DNA from: an uncultured Tissierellaceae bacterium
GTDB taxonomy: Bacteria; Bacillota; Clostridia; Tissierellales; Tissierellaceae
Direction: 5' to 3'
Length of the DNA stretch: 64,000 bases
Assembly: GCA_964637035.1 (NCBI GenBank)
Contig: CAZWTU010000001.1
Coordinates: 57,938-121,937, forward strand
Both the position numbers and the translations under genes were made by a program. The notes below the pieces were generated by a model. That model was not told where the DNA came from and searched no databases. It saw only the letters and a program-made list of their open reading frames with translations. Each line of letters opens with the position of its first letter. Position 1 is the stretch's first letter. Positions 51,982 through 61,157 of this stretch are shown in pieces.

Positions 51982-52413
51982 ATGAAAATAAAGATAATAA
52001 ACAAAAGCCAATTTCAATTACCCAAATACAAAACAAGTGGTGCCGCTGGATTGGATTTACAAGCTAATATCATTGACCAGGTACTATTAAAACCCTTAGA
52101 AAGAAAGTTAATAAAAACAGGCCTCTATATATCTATTCCCAATGGATATGAAGGACAAATTAGAGCAAGGTCTGGCCTGGCATTAAAACATGGTATAACT
52201 CTAGCTAATGGAATTGGGACAATTGATAGCGACTATAGGGGTGAATTGAAAGTAATACTGGTAAATCTAAGCAAAGAAGATTATATAATAAATAAGGGAG
52301 ATAGAATCGCCCAAATAGTATTTATAAAATATGAAAATGTAAATTTAATAGAAGTAAAAGAATTAGATGAAACATTGAGAGATGAGGGTGGCTTCGGACA
52401 TTCAGGTTATTAG
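51982..52413 (+). CDS. dut: dUTP diphosphatase
   Basis: 143 aa. AAGLDL, RSGLALKHG, GTIDSDYRGE and a C-terminal RDEGGFGHSG. Confidence 0.92.
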   Translation: MKIKIINKSQFQLPKYKTSGAAGLDLQANIIDQVLLKPLERKLIKTGLYISIPNGYEGQIRARSGLALKHGITLANGIGTIDSDYRGELKVILVNLSKEDYIINKGDRIAQIVFIKYENVNLIEVKELDETLRDEGGFGHSGY

Positions 52414-52500
52414 TTGCAAGTATATATAATAAAATTTGTCAACACATATATCTTAATTTCTATCATATTATAAAGTATAACCAATTTTGGAGGAGATAAT

Positions 52501-52746
52501 ATGCGCTTAATGGAATTAGGTAATAAAGAAATAGTAAATTTAAATAATGGGGAAAGATTAGGCCTAATAGCTGACAGTGATCTTATAATTGATGAAGAAA
52601 CAGGGGAAATAATTAGTCTTTTAGTTCCCACTAAAAAAATTGGAATGCGGCTTTTAGGTTTAGAAAGTCAGGGAATTGAAATTCCCTGGAATACAATTAG
52701 AAAAATTGGCTATGATATGATAATTATTGAATTAGATAGCAAATAA
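52501..52746 (+). CDS. YlmC/YmxH-family PRC-barrel sporulation protein
   Basis: 81 aa. MRLMELGNKEIVNLNNGERLGLIADSDLIIDEETGEIISLLVP is the family pattern. Confidence 0.8.
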   Translation: MRLMELGNKEIVNLNNGERLGLIADSDLIIDEETGEIISLLVPTKKIGMRLLGLESQGIEIPWNTIRKIGYDMIIIELDSK

Positions 52747-52799
52747 TATTCAAAGTAAAAGAGTATATCCATATATACTCTTTTACTTTGAATATTATT
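52742..52799 (+). repeat. Perfect 27-bp inverted repeat (58-nt hairpin) overlapping the stop codon of the ymxH-like gene
   Basis: AATAATATTCAAAGTAAAAGAGTATAT (52742-52768) and ATATACTCTTTTACTTTGAATATTATT (52773-52799) are exact reverse complements, with a 4-nt loop CCAT. Confidence 0.9.
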
Positions 52800-52851
52800 A
52801 AATTATAAGTAAATGATATAACTACAAATACTTACAGTTATAGGAGGAAAA

Positions 52852-53541
52852 ATGGATAAAGAAAAAAGAGATATTAACAATGAAGAAGATAAGGAAGATG
52901 TAAATAATATTACAGAATTGGGAATCAGTAATATTCCAGAATTTGAAAATACTATTCAGTATATTTCAATAATAGGTGAAATAGAAGGACACTCTATTTC
53001 TTCCAATGATAAAAAAACTACTAAGTATGAGCATATAATTCCCTTATTAATAGCTGCCCAAGAGAACCCTAAAATAGAAGGATTGTTTATCATACTCAAT
53101 ACCATAGGGGGGGATGTTGAAGCTGGATTAGCCCTATCTGAGCTTATTAACTCTATTGATAAGCCAACGGTTTCTCTAGTATTAGGGGGAGGCCATAGCA
53201 TTGGAGTACCACTAGCTACTTCTACCAACTATTCTTTTATTGTTCCTACTGCAACCATGACTATTCATCCAATTAGAACTACTGGTTTGGTTATAGGTGT
53301 TCCTCAAACTTTTAGATATTTTCAAAAGATGCAACAAAGAATAATAAACTTTATCATTAGAACCTCTGCAATAGATAAAGAATCTATAATGAAGTTAATG
53401 TACTCTACGGATGAAATAGCAAATGATGTTGGAACAATACTAATAGGTAGTGAAGCAGTTGATTATAAATTAATAAATGAAGTAGGTGGTTTTTCTGATG
53501 CTATAAAGAAACTTAGAGATATGATAGCTAATAAAAAATAG
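52852..53541 (+). CDS. tepA: ClpP-family protein, TepA-like
   Basis: 229 aa. ClpP-like core with NTIGGDVEAGLAL, GGGHSIG (Ser) and MTIHPIR (His). Position upstream of ftsK/spoIIIE as in B. subtilis. Confidence 0.7.
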   Translation: MDKEKRDINNEEDKEDVNNITELGISNIPEFENTIQYISIIGEIEGHSISSNDKKTTKYEHIIPLLIAAQENPKIEGLFIILNTIGGDVEAGLALSELINSIDKPTVSLVLGGGHSIGVPLATSTNYSFIVPTATMTIHPIRTTGLVIGVPQTFRYFQKMQQRIINFIIRTSAIDKESIMKLMYSTDEIANDVGTILIGSEAVDYKLINEVGGFSDAIKKLRDMIANKK

Positions 53542-53567
53542 ATTAGATAGTAAAATTATGCTATAAT
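53539..53567 (+). promoter_or_regulatory. Possible extended -10 promoter upstream of ftsK
   Basis: TGcTATAAT at 53559-53567. Weak -35 TAGATT (53539-53544) at 17-nt spacing. About 115-nt leader. Confidence 0.4.
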
Positions 53568-53681
53568 AATTACAGGATAATATTTAAAGGGGGCTATCTA
53601 AGCAAATCTTTTTAAATTAGATCCTTAAGTAGGACTAGCTATTAATACTTTAGATAATGTCCTTTAATAAAATGAACTGGA

Positions 53682-55871
53682 GTGAGTCTATTGACTAAAA
53701 ACAAAAATTCTTCAAAACCGAAAGTAAAAAAACATAAAAACAAGGAAACCCATAATTTCAACCAAGATATTATAGGAATTAGCATAATATTACTTGGTTT
53801 AATATTTGGTATAAGCCTATTTGATTTTAATATGGGGATGGTAGGTTCTATGTTTAAAAATATTTCCTTTTTTCTTATGGGTTTTGGGGCATATATGTTT
53901 CCTATTATCTTGATTATAATAGGATTAATTCTTATTATAAATAAATTTGACGAAAGAGAAATCAAAATAAATATATGTATATTGATGATTTTTTTAAGTG
54001 TTTTGATTATATTAGATGGCGTAAATTCTTTGGATTATACCTTTACATATAGAATAAAGAAATCTATTGAATTAAGTTCAATAGGTAAGGGTGGGGGAAC
54101 AATTGGAAGTTTATTTGGATTTTCTTTTTATCATTTATTTGGTTCAGGAACTTATCTAATATTGTCTTTTGTTATTATAATTAATATTTTATTGATTACA
54201 GACATAAAAATTAAAGAATTATTCGTATTAATAAAAAATCAATTTACCAATAAAGAAAAAGATTTTACTAAGTCCAAAATGACTAAAAAAGCTACTAAGC
54301 TTATAGAAGGAACGCAAGATGATATAGCAATTTTAGATTTCAGGCAATCAGAATCATTAGACCTTCCTAACCCTGTTAAGGTAAAAAAGGAAGTAATCAA
54401 TATCGAAGAAGAGATAAAAAATAAATCAACCAATGAATCTAATATACACCAATACAATATTCCACCAATTTCTTTATTGAATAGTCCAAATACCGATAGA
54501 AATATTGATGATGAAAACCAAGTAAGAAAGAACGCTAAAATTATAAAGGAAACAATGAAAAATTTTGGTATAGATGCACAATTGGTTCAAATTAATAAGG
54601 GACCTACTATAACATGCTATGAGCTTAAGCCTGCGCCAGGGATCAAGTTAAGCAAAATCGTTTCATTATCTGATAACATAGCCTTAAGCCTAGCTTCCTC
54701 TGACATTAGAATTGAAGCACCAATACCTGGTAAGGCAGCAGTAGGTATAGAAGTACCAAATAGGATTAAAAGCAATGTCTTATTTAAAGAAATAATATTA
54801 TCCAAGGAATACGAGGAAATAGAGTCAAGTATACCTTTAGCTTTAGGAAAAGATGTATCTGGAAAAGTAATAGTTTCTACTATAGATAAAATGCCACACC
54901 TACTAATTGCAGGTGCCACAGGTTCAGGTAAATCTGTTTGTATTAATACGATTATCATGAATATAATATATAAGTCATCTCCTGAAGAAGTAAAATTATT
55001 ACTAATAGACCCAAAGGTTGTTGAACTTAATGTTTATAATGGTATTCCACATTTATTAATACCGGTTGTAACTGATGCAAAAAAATCTTCTTTTGCCCTG
55101 AATTGGGCTGTTGAAGAAATGGGAAGAAGATATAAAGTCTTCGCAAAAAATAATGTAAGAGATATTAAATCATATAATGAAAAATTTAAAAATAATAAGG
55201 ATAAAAAATTACCTATGATTGTTATAATAATCGATGAATTAGCAGATTTAATGATGGTTGCACCACAAGAAATCGAAGATTACATATGCAGGTTGGCACA
55301 AATGGCAAGAGCAGCTGGAATGTATTTGATTGTAGCAACCCAAAGGCCTTCTGTAGATGTTATTACAGGTACTATCAAGGCTAATATCCCCTCTAGGATA
55401 TCCTTCGCTGTTTCATCTAATACGGACTCAAGAACCATATTAGATATGGGGGGAGCTGAAAAATTACTAGGGAAAGGTGATATGCTTTTTTATCCTTCTT
55501 TTTATTCCAAACCCAAAAGAATTCAGGGGGCATTTATATCTGATATAGAAGTGGAAAACATAGTAAACTCTTTAAAAGAAGATCATGTCACTAAATATAA
55601 TGAAGAAGCAATTGAAACCATAGAAAATAATATAACCACCAATTTTGAAAACAGTGATGAACTTATACCCGATGCAATATCCATTATAATTGAAGAAGAG
55701 CAAGCCTCTATTTCACATTTACAGAGAAAGTTAAGAATTGGACATGCTAGGGCTGCTAGAATTATAGATGAATTAGAGGAAAAAGGAATGGTAGGAGGAT
55801 TTGAGGGGAGTAAGCCTAGGAAAGTCCTCATAACAAAAGATGATTTGGATTTATCATCAAGGGAGGAATAA
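53682..55871 (+). CDS. ftsK: DNA translocase FtsK/SpoIIIE
   Basis: N-terminal TM helices, Walker A GATGSGKS, Walker B IIIDELADL and a C-terminal gamma wHTH (ISHLQRKLRIGHARAARIIDELEEKGMV). Start is GTG 53682 or TTG 53691. Confidence 0.96.
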   Translation: MSLLTKNKNSSKPKVKKHKNKETHNFNQDIIGISIILLGLIFGISLFDFNMGMVGSMFKNISFFLMGFGAYMFPIILIIIGLILIINKFDEREIKINICILMIFLSVLIILDGVNSLDYTFTYRIKKSIELSSIGKGGGTIGSLFGFSFYHLFGSGTYLILSFVIIINILLITDIKIKELFVLIKNQFTNKEKDFTKSKMTKKATKLIEGTQDDIAILDFRQSESLDLPNPVKVKKEVINIEEEIKNKSTNESNIHQYNIPPISLLNSPNTDRNIDDENQVRKNAKIIKETMKNFGIDAQLVQINKGPTITCYELKPAPGIKLSKIVSLSDNIALSLASSDIRIEAPIPGKAAVGIEVPNRIKSNVLFKEIILSKEYEEIESSIPLALGKDVSGKVIVSTIDKMPHLLIAGATGSGKSVCINTIIMNIIYKSSPEEVKLLLIDPKVVELNVYNGIPHLLIPVVTDAKKSSFALNWAVEEMGRRYKVFAKNNVRDIKSYNEKFKNNKDKKLPMIVIIIDELADLMMVAPQEIEDYICRLAQMARAAGMYLIVATQRPSVDVITGTIKANIPSRISFAVSSNTDSRTILDMGGAEKLLGKGDMLFYPSFYSKPKRIQGAFISDIEVENIVNSLKEDHVTKYNEEAIETIENNITTNFENSDELIPDAISIIIEEEQASISHLQRKLRIGHARAARIIDELEEKGMVGGFEGSKPRKVLITKDDLDLSSREE

Positions 55872-55872
55872 A

Positions 55873-57201
55873 ATGAATTTAAGGAAAGTTTATATAGCAA
55901 CATTAGGATGTTCAAAAAATCAAATAGATTCAGAGTTAATGGAAAGTATATTAACAAACAACAAATACTCTATTGCTGATTTTTTAGAAGAAGCTGATAT
56001 TATTATTGTAAATACTTGCGGATTTATAAATGATGCAAAAGAGGAATCTATTGAAATTATATGGGAAATGACTAAATATAAAACCCAAGCTAATTGTAAG
56101 TATTTAATTTTAACTGGCTGTTTAGCTCAACGGTATTCTGAAGAGCTTTTGGAAGAAATACATGAAGTTGATGCAGTAATTGGAACTGGAAATATAAAAG
56201 AAATTTTATCTGTAATAAATGATTTAGATAACAATTTAAATAAAATTAAAATAACTGATAATATAAACCAAATATATTTGGAGGAGATCAATAGAATTAA
56301 CTTTAACAAAACAGAGTACGTTAAGATTTCAGAGGGGTGTGATAACTTCTGTACCTACTGTATTATACCTAAGCTGAGAGGAAAACATAGAAGCCGATAC
56401 ATTGAAGACATTGTGAAAGAAGTAGAATCCTTAGCAAGTAAAGGAGTAAAGGAAATTATTCTTATTGCACAAAACACCAGTGACTACGGCATAGATTTGT
56501 ATGGGGAATACTCTTTATATAAATTAATTGAAAAACTTAATTCAATTGAAGGTATCCAATGGATTAGACTTTTGTATCTATATCCAGATAATTTTTCTAA
56601 AAAATTGATTTCTTCAATAAAAAACAATGATAAGGTAGTTAAATATGTAGATATTCCACTTCAACACATTAGTAATAATGTCTTGAAAGCAATGAATAGA
56701 AGGACTAATAAAAATGATATTTTATCTCTTATAAAATATTTAAGGAAAGAAATACCAGGTATTATACTAAGAACTACCTTTATAGTAGGATTTCCAGGGG
56801 AAACAGATGATGATTTCAATGAATTATGTGAATTTATTTCCCAAGTAAAATTTGATAAATTAGGTGTGTTTACTTATTCTAAAGAAGAAGATACTCCTGC
56901 ATATGATTTGGCTGATCAAATATCTGAAGAAATTAAGATTGAAAGAAAAAATAAAATAATGGAAATACAAAAATCTATTTCAGAAGAAATTATGATGAGC
57001 AAAGTAAATAAAGTCTATACTGTTTTAGTTGAAGAATATAATGGACATAATAATTATATAGGAAGGTCTTATATGGATAGCCCAGATATAGATGGAGTTA
57101 TATATATTGACAGCAAGGAAAATTTAGATGTTGGCGATTTTGTAAAAGTTAAAATTATTAACTATTTAGAATATGACTTAATAGGAGAGATTATAAAATG
57201 A
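55873..57201 (+). CDS. rimO: Ribosomal protein S12 methylthiotransferase RimO
   Basis: ATG 55873 after GGGAGG. N-terminal MTTase Cys (YIATLGCSKNQ), radical-SAM CDNFCTYC and a TRAM domain. Confidence 0.9.
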   Translation: MNLRKVYIATLGCSKNQIDSELMESILTNNKYSIADFLEEADIIIVNTCGFINDAKEESIEIIWEMTKYKTQANCKYLILTGCLAQRYSEELLEEIHEVDAVIGTGNIKEILSVINDLDNNLNKIKITDNINQIYLEEINRINFNKTEYVKISEGCDNFCTYCIIPKLRGKHRSRYIEDIVKEVESLASKGVKEIILIAQNTSDYGIDLYGEYSLYKLIEKLNSIEGIQWIRLLYLYPDNFSKKLISSIKNNDKVVKYVDIPLQHISNNVLKAMNRRTNKNDILSLIKYLRKEIPGIILRTTFIVGFPGETDDDFNELCEFISQVKFDKLGVFTYSKEEDTPAYDLADQISEEIKIERKNKIMEIQKSISEEIMMSKVNKVYTVLVEEYNGHNNYIGRSYMDSPDIDGVIYIDSKENLDVGDFVKVKIINYLEYDLIGEIIK

Positions 57202-57743
57202 ATTTAGCTAATAAGATTACTATATTTAGAGTTACTTTGGTTCCAGTGTTTATGATAGTACTATATTCCAATCTAGAATACAGTACTTATTTAGCGGCAA
57301 TTATATTTATTTTTGCTTCTTTAACAGATACTTTAGATGGATATATTGCTAGGAGCAGAAATTTAATCACTAATTTTGGTAAATTTGCTGATCCCTTAGC
57401 TGATAAAATTCTTGTATCTGCTGCCTTGATATCCCTAGTTGATTTAGGTAAAATACCTGGATGGGTGGTTGTTATAATAATAGCTAGAGAATTTACTATA
57501 ACTGGTTTTAGAATCATTGCTGCCTCTGAAGGAATAACCATAGCAGCTTCTCCTTTAGGAAAGATAAAAACCATAAGCCAATTAGTTGCTATAATATCAA
57601 TATTACTTAATAATTATCCCTTTGTGCTAATAAACTTTCCTTTTGACAAAATAATGTTGTATCTATCATTGTTTTTTACAATAATATCCGGAATAGACTA
57701 TATTTATAAAAACAAATCAGCTTTAAAACTAGGTCACAAATAG
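57198..57743 (+). CDS. pgsA: CDP-diacylglycerol--glycerol-3-phosphate 3-phosphatidyltransferase
   Basis: ATGA overlap with rimO. NKITIFRV and the CDP-alcohol motif DTLDGYIAR...G...D...D. Confidence 0.92.
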   Translation: MNLANKITIFRVTLVPVFMIVLYSNLEYSTYLAAIIFIFASLTDTLDGYIARSRNLITNFGKFADPLADKILVSAALISLVDLGKIPGWVVVIIIAREFTITGFRIIAASEGITIAASPLGKIKTISQLVAIISILLNNYPFVLINFPFDKIMLYLSLFFTIISGIDYIYKNKSALKLGHK

Positions 57744-57757
57744 GGAAGGATGATTAA

Positions 57758-58987
57758 GTGATAACAGCAGAAATTATATCAGTTGGATCAGAGATAACCT
57801 TAGGAAGCACATTAAATACAAATAGTAAATTTATAGCCAATAAATTGCAAGAAATAGGTATACAAACATTATTTCATACATCTGTAGATGATAATGAAGA
57901 AAGACTTACAAGTGTTTTAAACTCATCTATAGAAAGAGTAGATTTAATCATCACAACTGGCGGTTTAGGCCCTACACTAGATGATTTAACTAAAGAAGTA
58001 GTTGCTAAGACATTTAATTTAGAACTTATATATGATATAGACATGGAGAAAAATATTAAATCTATGTTTTTAAATTCCACAAATGGAATGACGGAAAATA
58101 ATTTGAAACAATCTTATAGAATAGAAAACAGCAAATTTTTATCAAACTCTGTAGGAACAGCTCCAGGAATATTCCTAACTATTGACAACAAGCAAATAAT
58201 TCTTTTGCCAGGACCGCCAAGGGAAATGAGACCTATGTTTATAAATGAGGTTTTACCCCTATTATCTGGTAAAAATCACATTATAGCAAAATCCATAAAT
58301 CTTACAGACATAGGCGAGTCTTATGTAGAGATGAATTTAAGAGATTTATTGAAATATGATCCTAATATAAATATTGCAACTTATGCTAAAGAAACAGAAG
58401 TGGAAATAAAAATAATTGGTCAATGTGAGGATAATATAGATGGAATTCTAGATAAAATACAGGAATTAGTTAATATAGTGGAAGACAGATTTAAAGATTA
58501 TGTATACGGTTTTGATAATATGCCAATTGAAAATATAGCTTATGAATTGTTAAAAAAACTAAACTATAAAATAGGCTTTTGTGAGTCATGCACTGGTGGT
58601 TTGTTAAGTGGAAAGTTTTCGCGAATACCTGGTGTATCTCAAGTTTTTGATAGATCTATAATCACTTATAGTAATAAGGCCAAAGTTGAAGAAGTAAAAG
58701 TAAGTGATAATAAATTGGATCAATTTGGTGCTGTCAGCAAAGAAACCGCTTTATCCATGGCTATTGGTTTATTAAACAAAACTAATTTGGATTTAGTCAT
58801 ATCTACTACAGGATATGCAGGCCCAAAAACTAATAATGATAAATCACCTGTAGGCTTAGTGTATATATGTATAGCAGATAGAAATAAAAACAAAATAATT
58901 AAATGCAATTTCAATGGAAATAGAAATTCCATACAAGATAAAGCCGTTTCAAAATGTTTTTATGAATTAATAAAATTTTTGTCATAA
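57758..58987 (+). CDS. cinA: Competence/damage-inducible protein CinA (MoCF-binding + PncC-like deamidase domains)
   Basis: GTG start. AEIISVGSEITLG N-terminus and ESCTGGLLSG in the C-terminal domain. cinA-recA synteny. Confidence 0.92.
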   Translation: MITAEIISVGSEITLGSTLNTNSKFIANKLQEIGIQTLFHTSVDDNEERLTSVLNSSIERVDLIITTGGLGPTLDDLTKEVVAKTFNLELIYDIDMEKNIKSMFLNSTNGMTENNLKQSYRIENSKFLSNSVGTAPGIFLTIDNKQIILLPGPPREMRPMFINEVLPLLSGKNHIIAKSINLTDIGESYVEMNLRDLLKYDPNINIATYAKETEVEIKIIGQCEDNIDGILDKIQELVNIVEDRFKDYVYGFDNMPIENIAYELLKKLNYKIGFCESCTGGLLSGKFSRIPGVSQVFDRSIITYSNKAKVEEVKVSDNKLDQFGAVSKETALSMAIGLLNKTNLDLVISTTGYAGPKTNNDKSPVGLVYICIADRNKNKIIKCNFNGNRNSIQDKAVSKCFYELIKFLS

Positions 58988-58992
58988 TATGA

Positions 58993-59021
58993 TTGACTTA
59001 ATAATGTATATACTATAATAT
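58993..59021 (+). promoter_or_regulatory. Sigma-A-type promoter for recA
   Basis: -35 TTGACT (58993-58998). -10 is TATAAT (59014-59019, 15-nt spacer) or TAATAT (59016-59021, 17-nt spacer). Confidence 0.55.
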
Positions 59022-59027
59022 AGAATT

Positions 59028-59041
59028 AGAACTAGAGTTCG
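59028..59041 (+). promoter_or_regulatory. LexA (Cheo/SOS) box
   Basis: AGAACTAGAGTTCG matches the Gram-positive GAAC-N4-GTTC consensus (CGAACNNNNGTTCG). It lies just downstream of the recA -10. Confidence 0.75.
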
Positions 59042-59082
59042 AACAAAAGAAAGGGGTGAATCCAGTTAAAACTGGATGAAAA

Positions 59083-60132
59083 ATGACTGAAAACATTGAA
59101 AAGAAAAAAGCTTTAGACTTGGCAATAGGTCAAATAGAAAAACAATTCGGTAAAGGATCTATAATGCGTTTAGGGGGAGACGCAAAATTAGATTTGGATG
59201 TAATACCAACGGGGTCCATAAATCTTGATATTGCCCTAGGTATTGGCGGAATACCCAGAGGAAGAGTTATTGAAATATATGGTCCAGAATCATCGGGAAA
59301 AACAACTGTTGCCCTTCATATGATTGCTGAGGCACAAAAATTAGGGGGCATAGCAGCTTTTATAGATGCAGAACATGCTCTAGATCCAGGTTATGCAAAA
59401 AAATTAGGTGTAGATATTGAAAATCTAGTAATTTCACAACCTGATACTGGAGAACAAGCTCTAGAAATTACTGAATCTTTAGTAAGAAGTGGTGCTGTAG
59501 ACATTATTGTTGTTGACTCTGTAGCAGCCCTTGTTCCTAAGGCTGAAATAGAAGGTGAAATGGGAGATAGTCATATGGGCCTTCAAGCACGACTTATGTC
59601 CCAAGCTTTAAGAAAGCTTGCTGGTACTATAAACAAATCAATGAGTACAGTGGTTTTTATCAATCAACTTAGGGAAAAAATCGGGGTCATGTTTGGTAGT
59701 CCAGAAACTACTTCTGGGGGAAGAGCCTTAAAGTTTTATGCCAGTGTTAGATTGGATATTAGGCGAATTGAAACCATCAAACAAGGTGATGAAATGCTTG
59801 GTAATAGAACTCGAGTTAAAGTAGTAAAAAACAAAGTCGCACCTCCTTTTAAACAAGCCGAATTCGATATAATGTATGGTATGGGTATTTCCAAAGAAGG
59901 TAACATTCTAGATGCCGGCGTCACCGCAGATATTGTTGATAAGGCTGGTTCATGGTATAGCTATGGTGACCATAGATTAGGACAAGGAAGGGAAAACTCA
60001 AAGAATTTTTTAATAGAAAATCCAGAAATAGCGTTAGAAATAGAAAATAAAATTCGAATAAAATATAATTTGATAGATGACAACAGTGAATCTAAAGAGG
60101 TTGTTGAAGATACTAAAAATAAAGATAAATAA
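59083..60132 (+). CDS. recA: Recombinase RecA
   Basis: [23 protein letters not shown], Walker [10 protein letters not shown] and Walker [11 protein letters not shown]. Confidence 0.98.
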   Translation: MTENIEKKKALDLAIGQIEKQFGKGSIMRLGGDAKLDLDVIPTGSINLDIALGIGGIPRGRVIEIYGPESSGKTTVALHMIAEAQKLGGIAAFIDAEHALDPGYAKKLGVDIENLVISQPDTGEQALEITESLVRSGAVDIIVVDSVAALVPKAEIEGEMGDSHMGLQARLMSQALRKLAGTINKSMSTVVFINQLREKIGVMFGSPETTSGGRALKFYASVRLDIRRIETIKQGDEMLGNRTRVKVVKNKVAPPFKQAEFDIMYGMGISKEGNILDAGVTADIVDKAGSWYSYGDHRLGQGRENSKNFLIENPEIALEIENKIRIKYNLIDDNSESKEVVEDTKNKDK

Positions 60133-60138
60133 TAAATT

Positions 60139-60165
60139 AAACCTCCTAAAGGAGGTTTTGTTTTT
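60139..60165 (+). terminator. Rho-independent terminator after recA
   Basis: AAACCTCC (60139-60146) / GGAGGTTT (60151-60158), TAAA loop, then TGTTTTT. The next gene's SD starts at 60166. Confidence 0.78.
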
Positions 60166-60176
60166 GAGGTGATACT

Positions 60177-61157
60177 TTGAAATTACTCTATTTTACAGAC
60201 ACCCATATTCGGGGTACTAATCCTAAAAATAGGAAAGACTCCTTTATTGATACTGTAGAAAATAAACTAATAGAAATTATTAATATTATTGAAAAAGACA
60301 ATATAGATTTTGTACTACATGGAGGAGATTTGTTTGATAGACCTGATGTATCTATTTCTATTGTAAGCAGATTTGCTAAAATTCTATCTAAAATCAAAGT
60401 TCCATTTTATTTAGTAAGTGGTAATCATGATATATACGGTCATAACCCTGAAACAATCCACAGAACAATGCTAGGATTATTAGATGTGTTAGGAGTTATT
60501 AGTATTATAAATAATAAAAAGATTATTCTTGAAAAAAACAATATAAAGGTACAACTTTCGGGTCAGCCTTATATATACGACATTGATAGCAAAGAAAATT
60601 TAAAATATTACTTATTAAATGAAAAAAATCCAGACGTGAACTATAATATTCACATGATTCATGGAATGTTATTGGATAGGCCATTTATCAAAGGAATCCC
60701 TTATACCCTAGTTGATGATATTAAAGATACAGCGGCAGATATAACTTTATCTGGTCATTACCATAGTGGCTTTAAAACCATGGAGATTAATGGTAAATAT
60801 TTTATCAATCCTGGTAGCATGGTAAGGATTACCAATAGTTTAAGGGAAATAGAAAGAAAACCTAAGGTTATGATAATTAATTTAAAAGAAGCTGTTTGTA
60901 TTGAATCAATATATTTAGATAGTGCATATTCAGGTGAAGATGTTTTAGATAGAAAAGAGATAGAAAATAATTTATTCAAAAACGAGCGAATGCTGGAGTT
61001 CAAACAAACTATTAATGCAGCTATGAATTATGAAAAAATGGATATAAATGAAGTTTTAATGCAGGTCTCAAATGCAGACGGTGTAGAGGATCAGGTTATA
61101 GAAGAGGCACTTAGAAGAATTGCCAAGGTTCAAATGGAATCTTTTAGAGGTGGATAA
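60177..61157 (+). CDS. Mre11/SbcD-like calcineurin-fold metallophosphoesterase
   Basis: TTG start 5 nt after GAGGTG. All five phosphoesterase motifs occur in order: FTDTH, GGDLFD, SGNHD, HMIHG, SGHYH. 326 aa. Confidence 0.8.
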   Translation: MKLLYFTDTHIRGTNPKNRKDSFIDTVENKLIEIINIIEKDNIDFVLHGGDLFDRPDVSISIVSRFAKILSKIKVPFYLVSGNHDIYGHNPETIHRTMLGLLDVLGVISIINNKKIILEKNNIKVQLSGQPYIYDIDSKENLKYYLLNEKNPDVNYNIHMIHGMLLDRPFIKGIPYTLVDDIKDTAADITLSGHYHSGFKTMEINGKYFINPGSMVRITNSLREIERKPKVMIINLKEAVCIESIYLDSAYSGEDVLDRKEIENNLFKNERMLEFKQTINAAMNYEKMDINEVLMQVSNADGVEDQVIEEALRRIAKVQMESFRGG

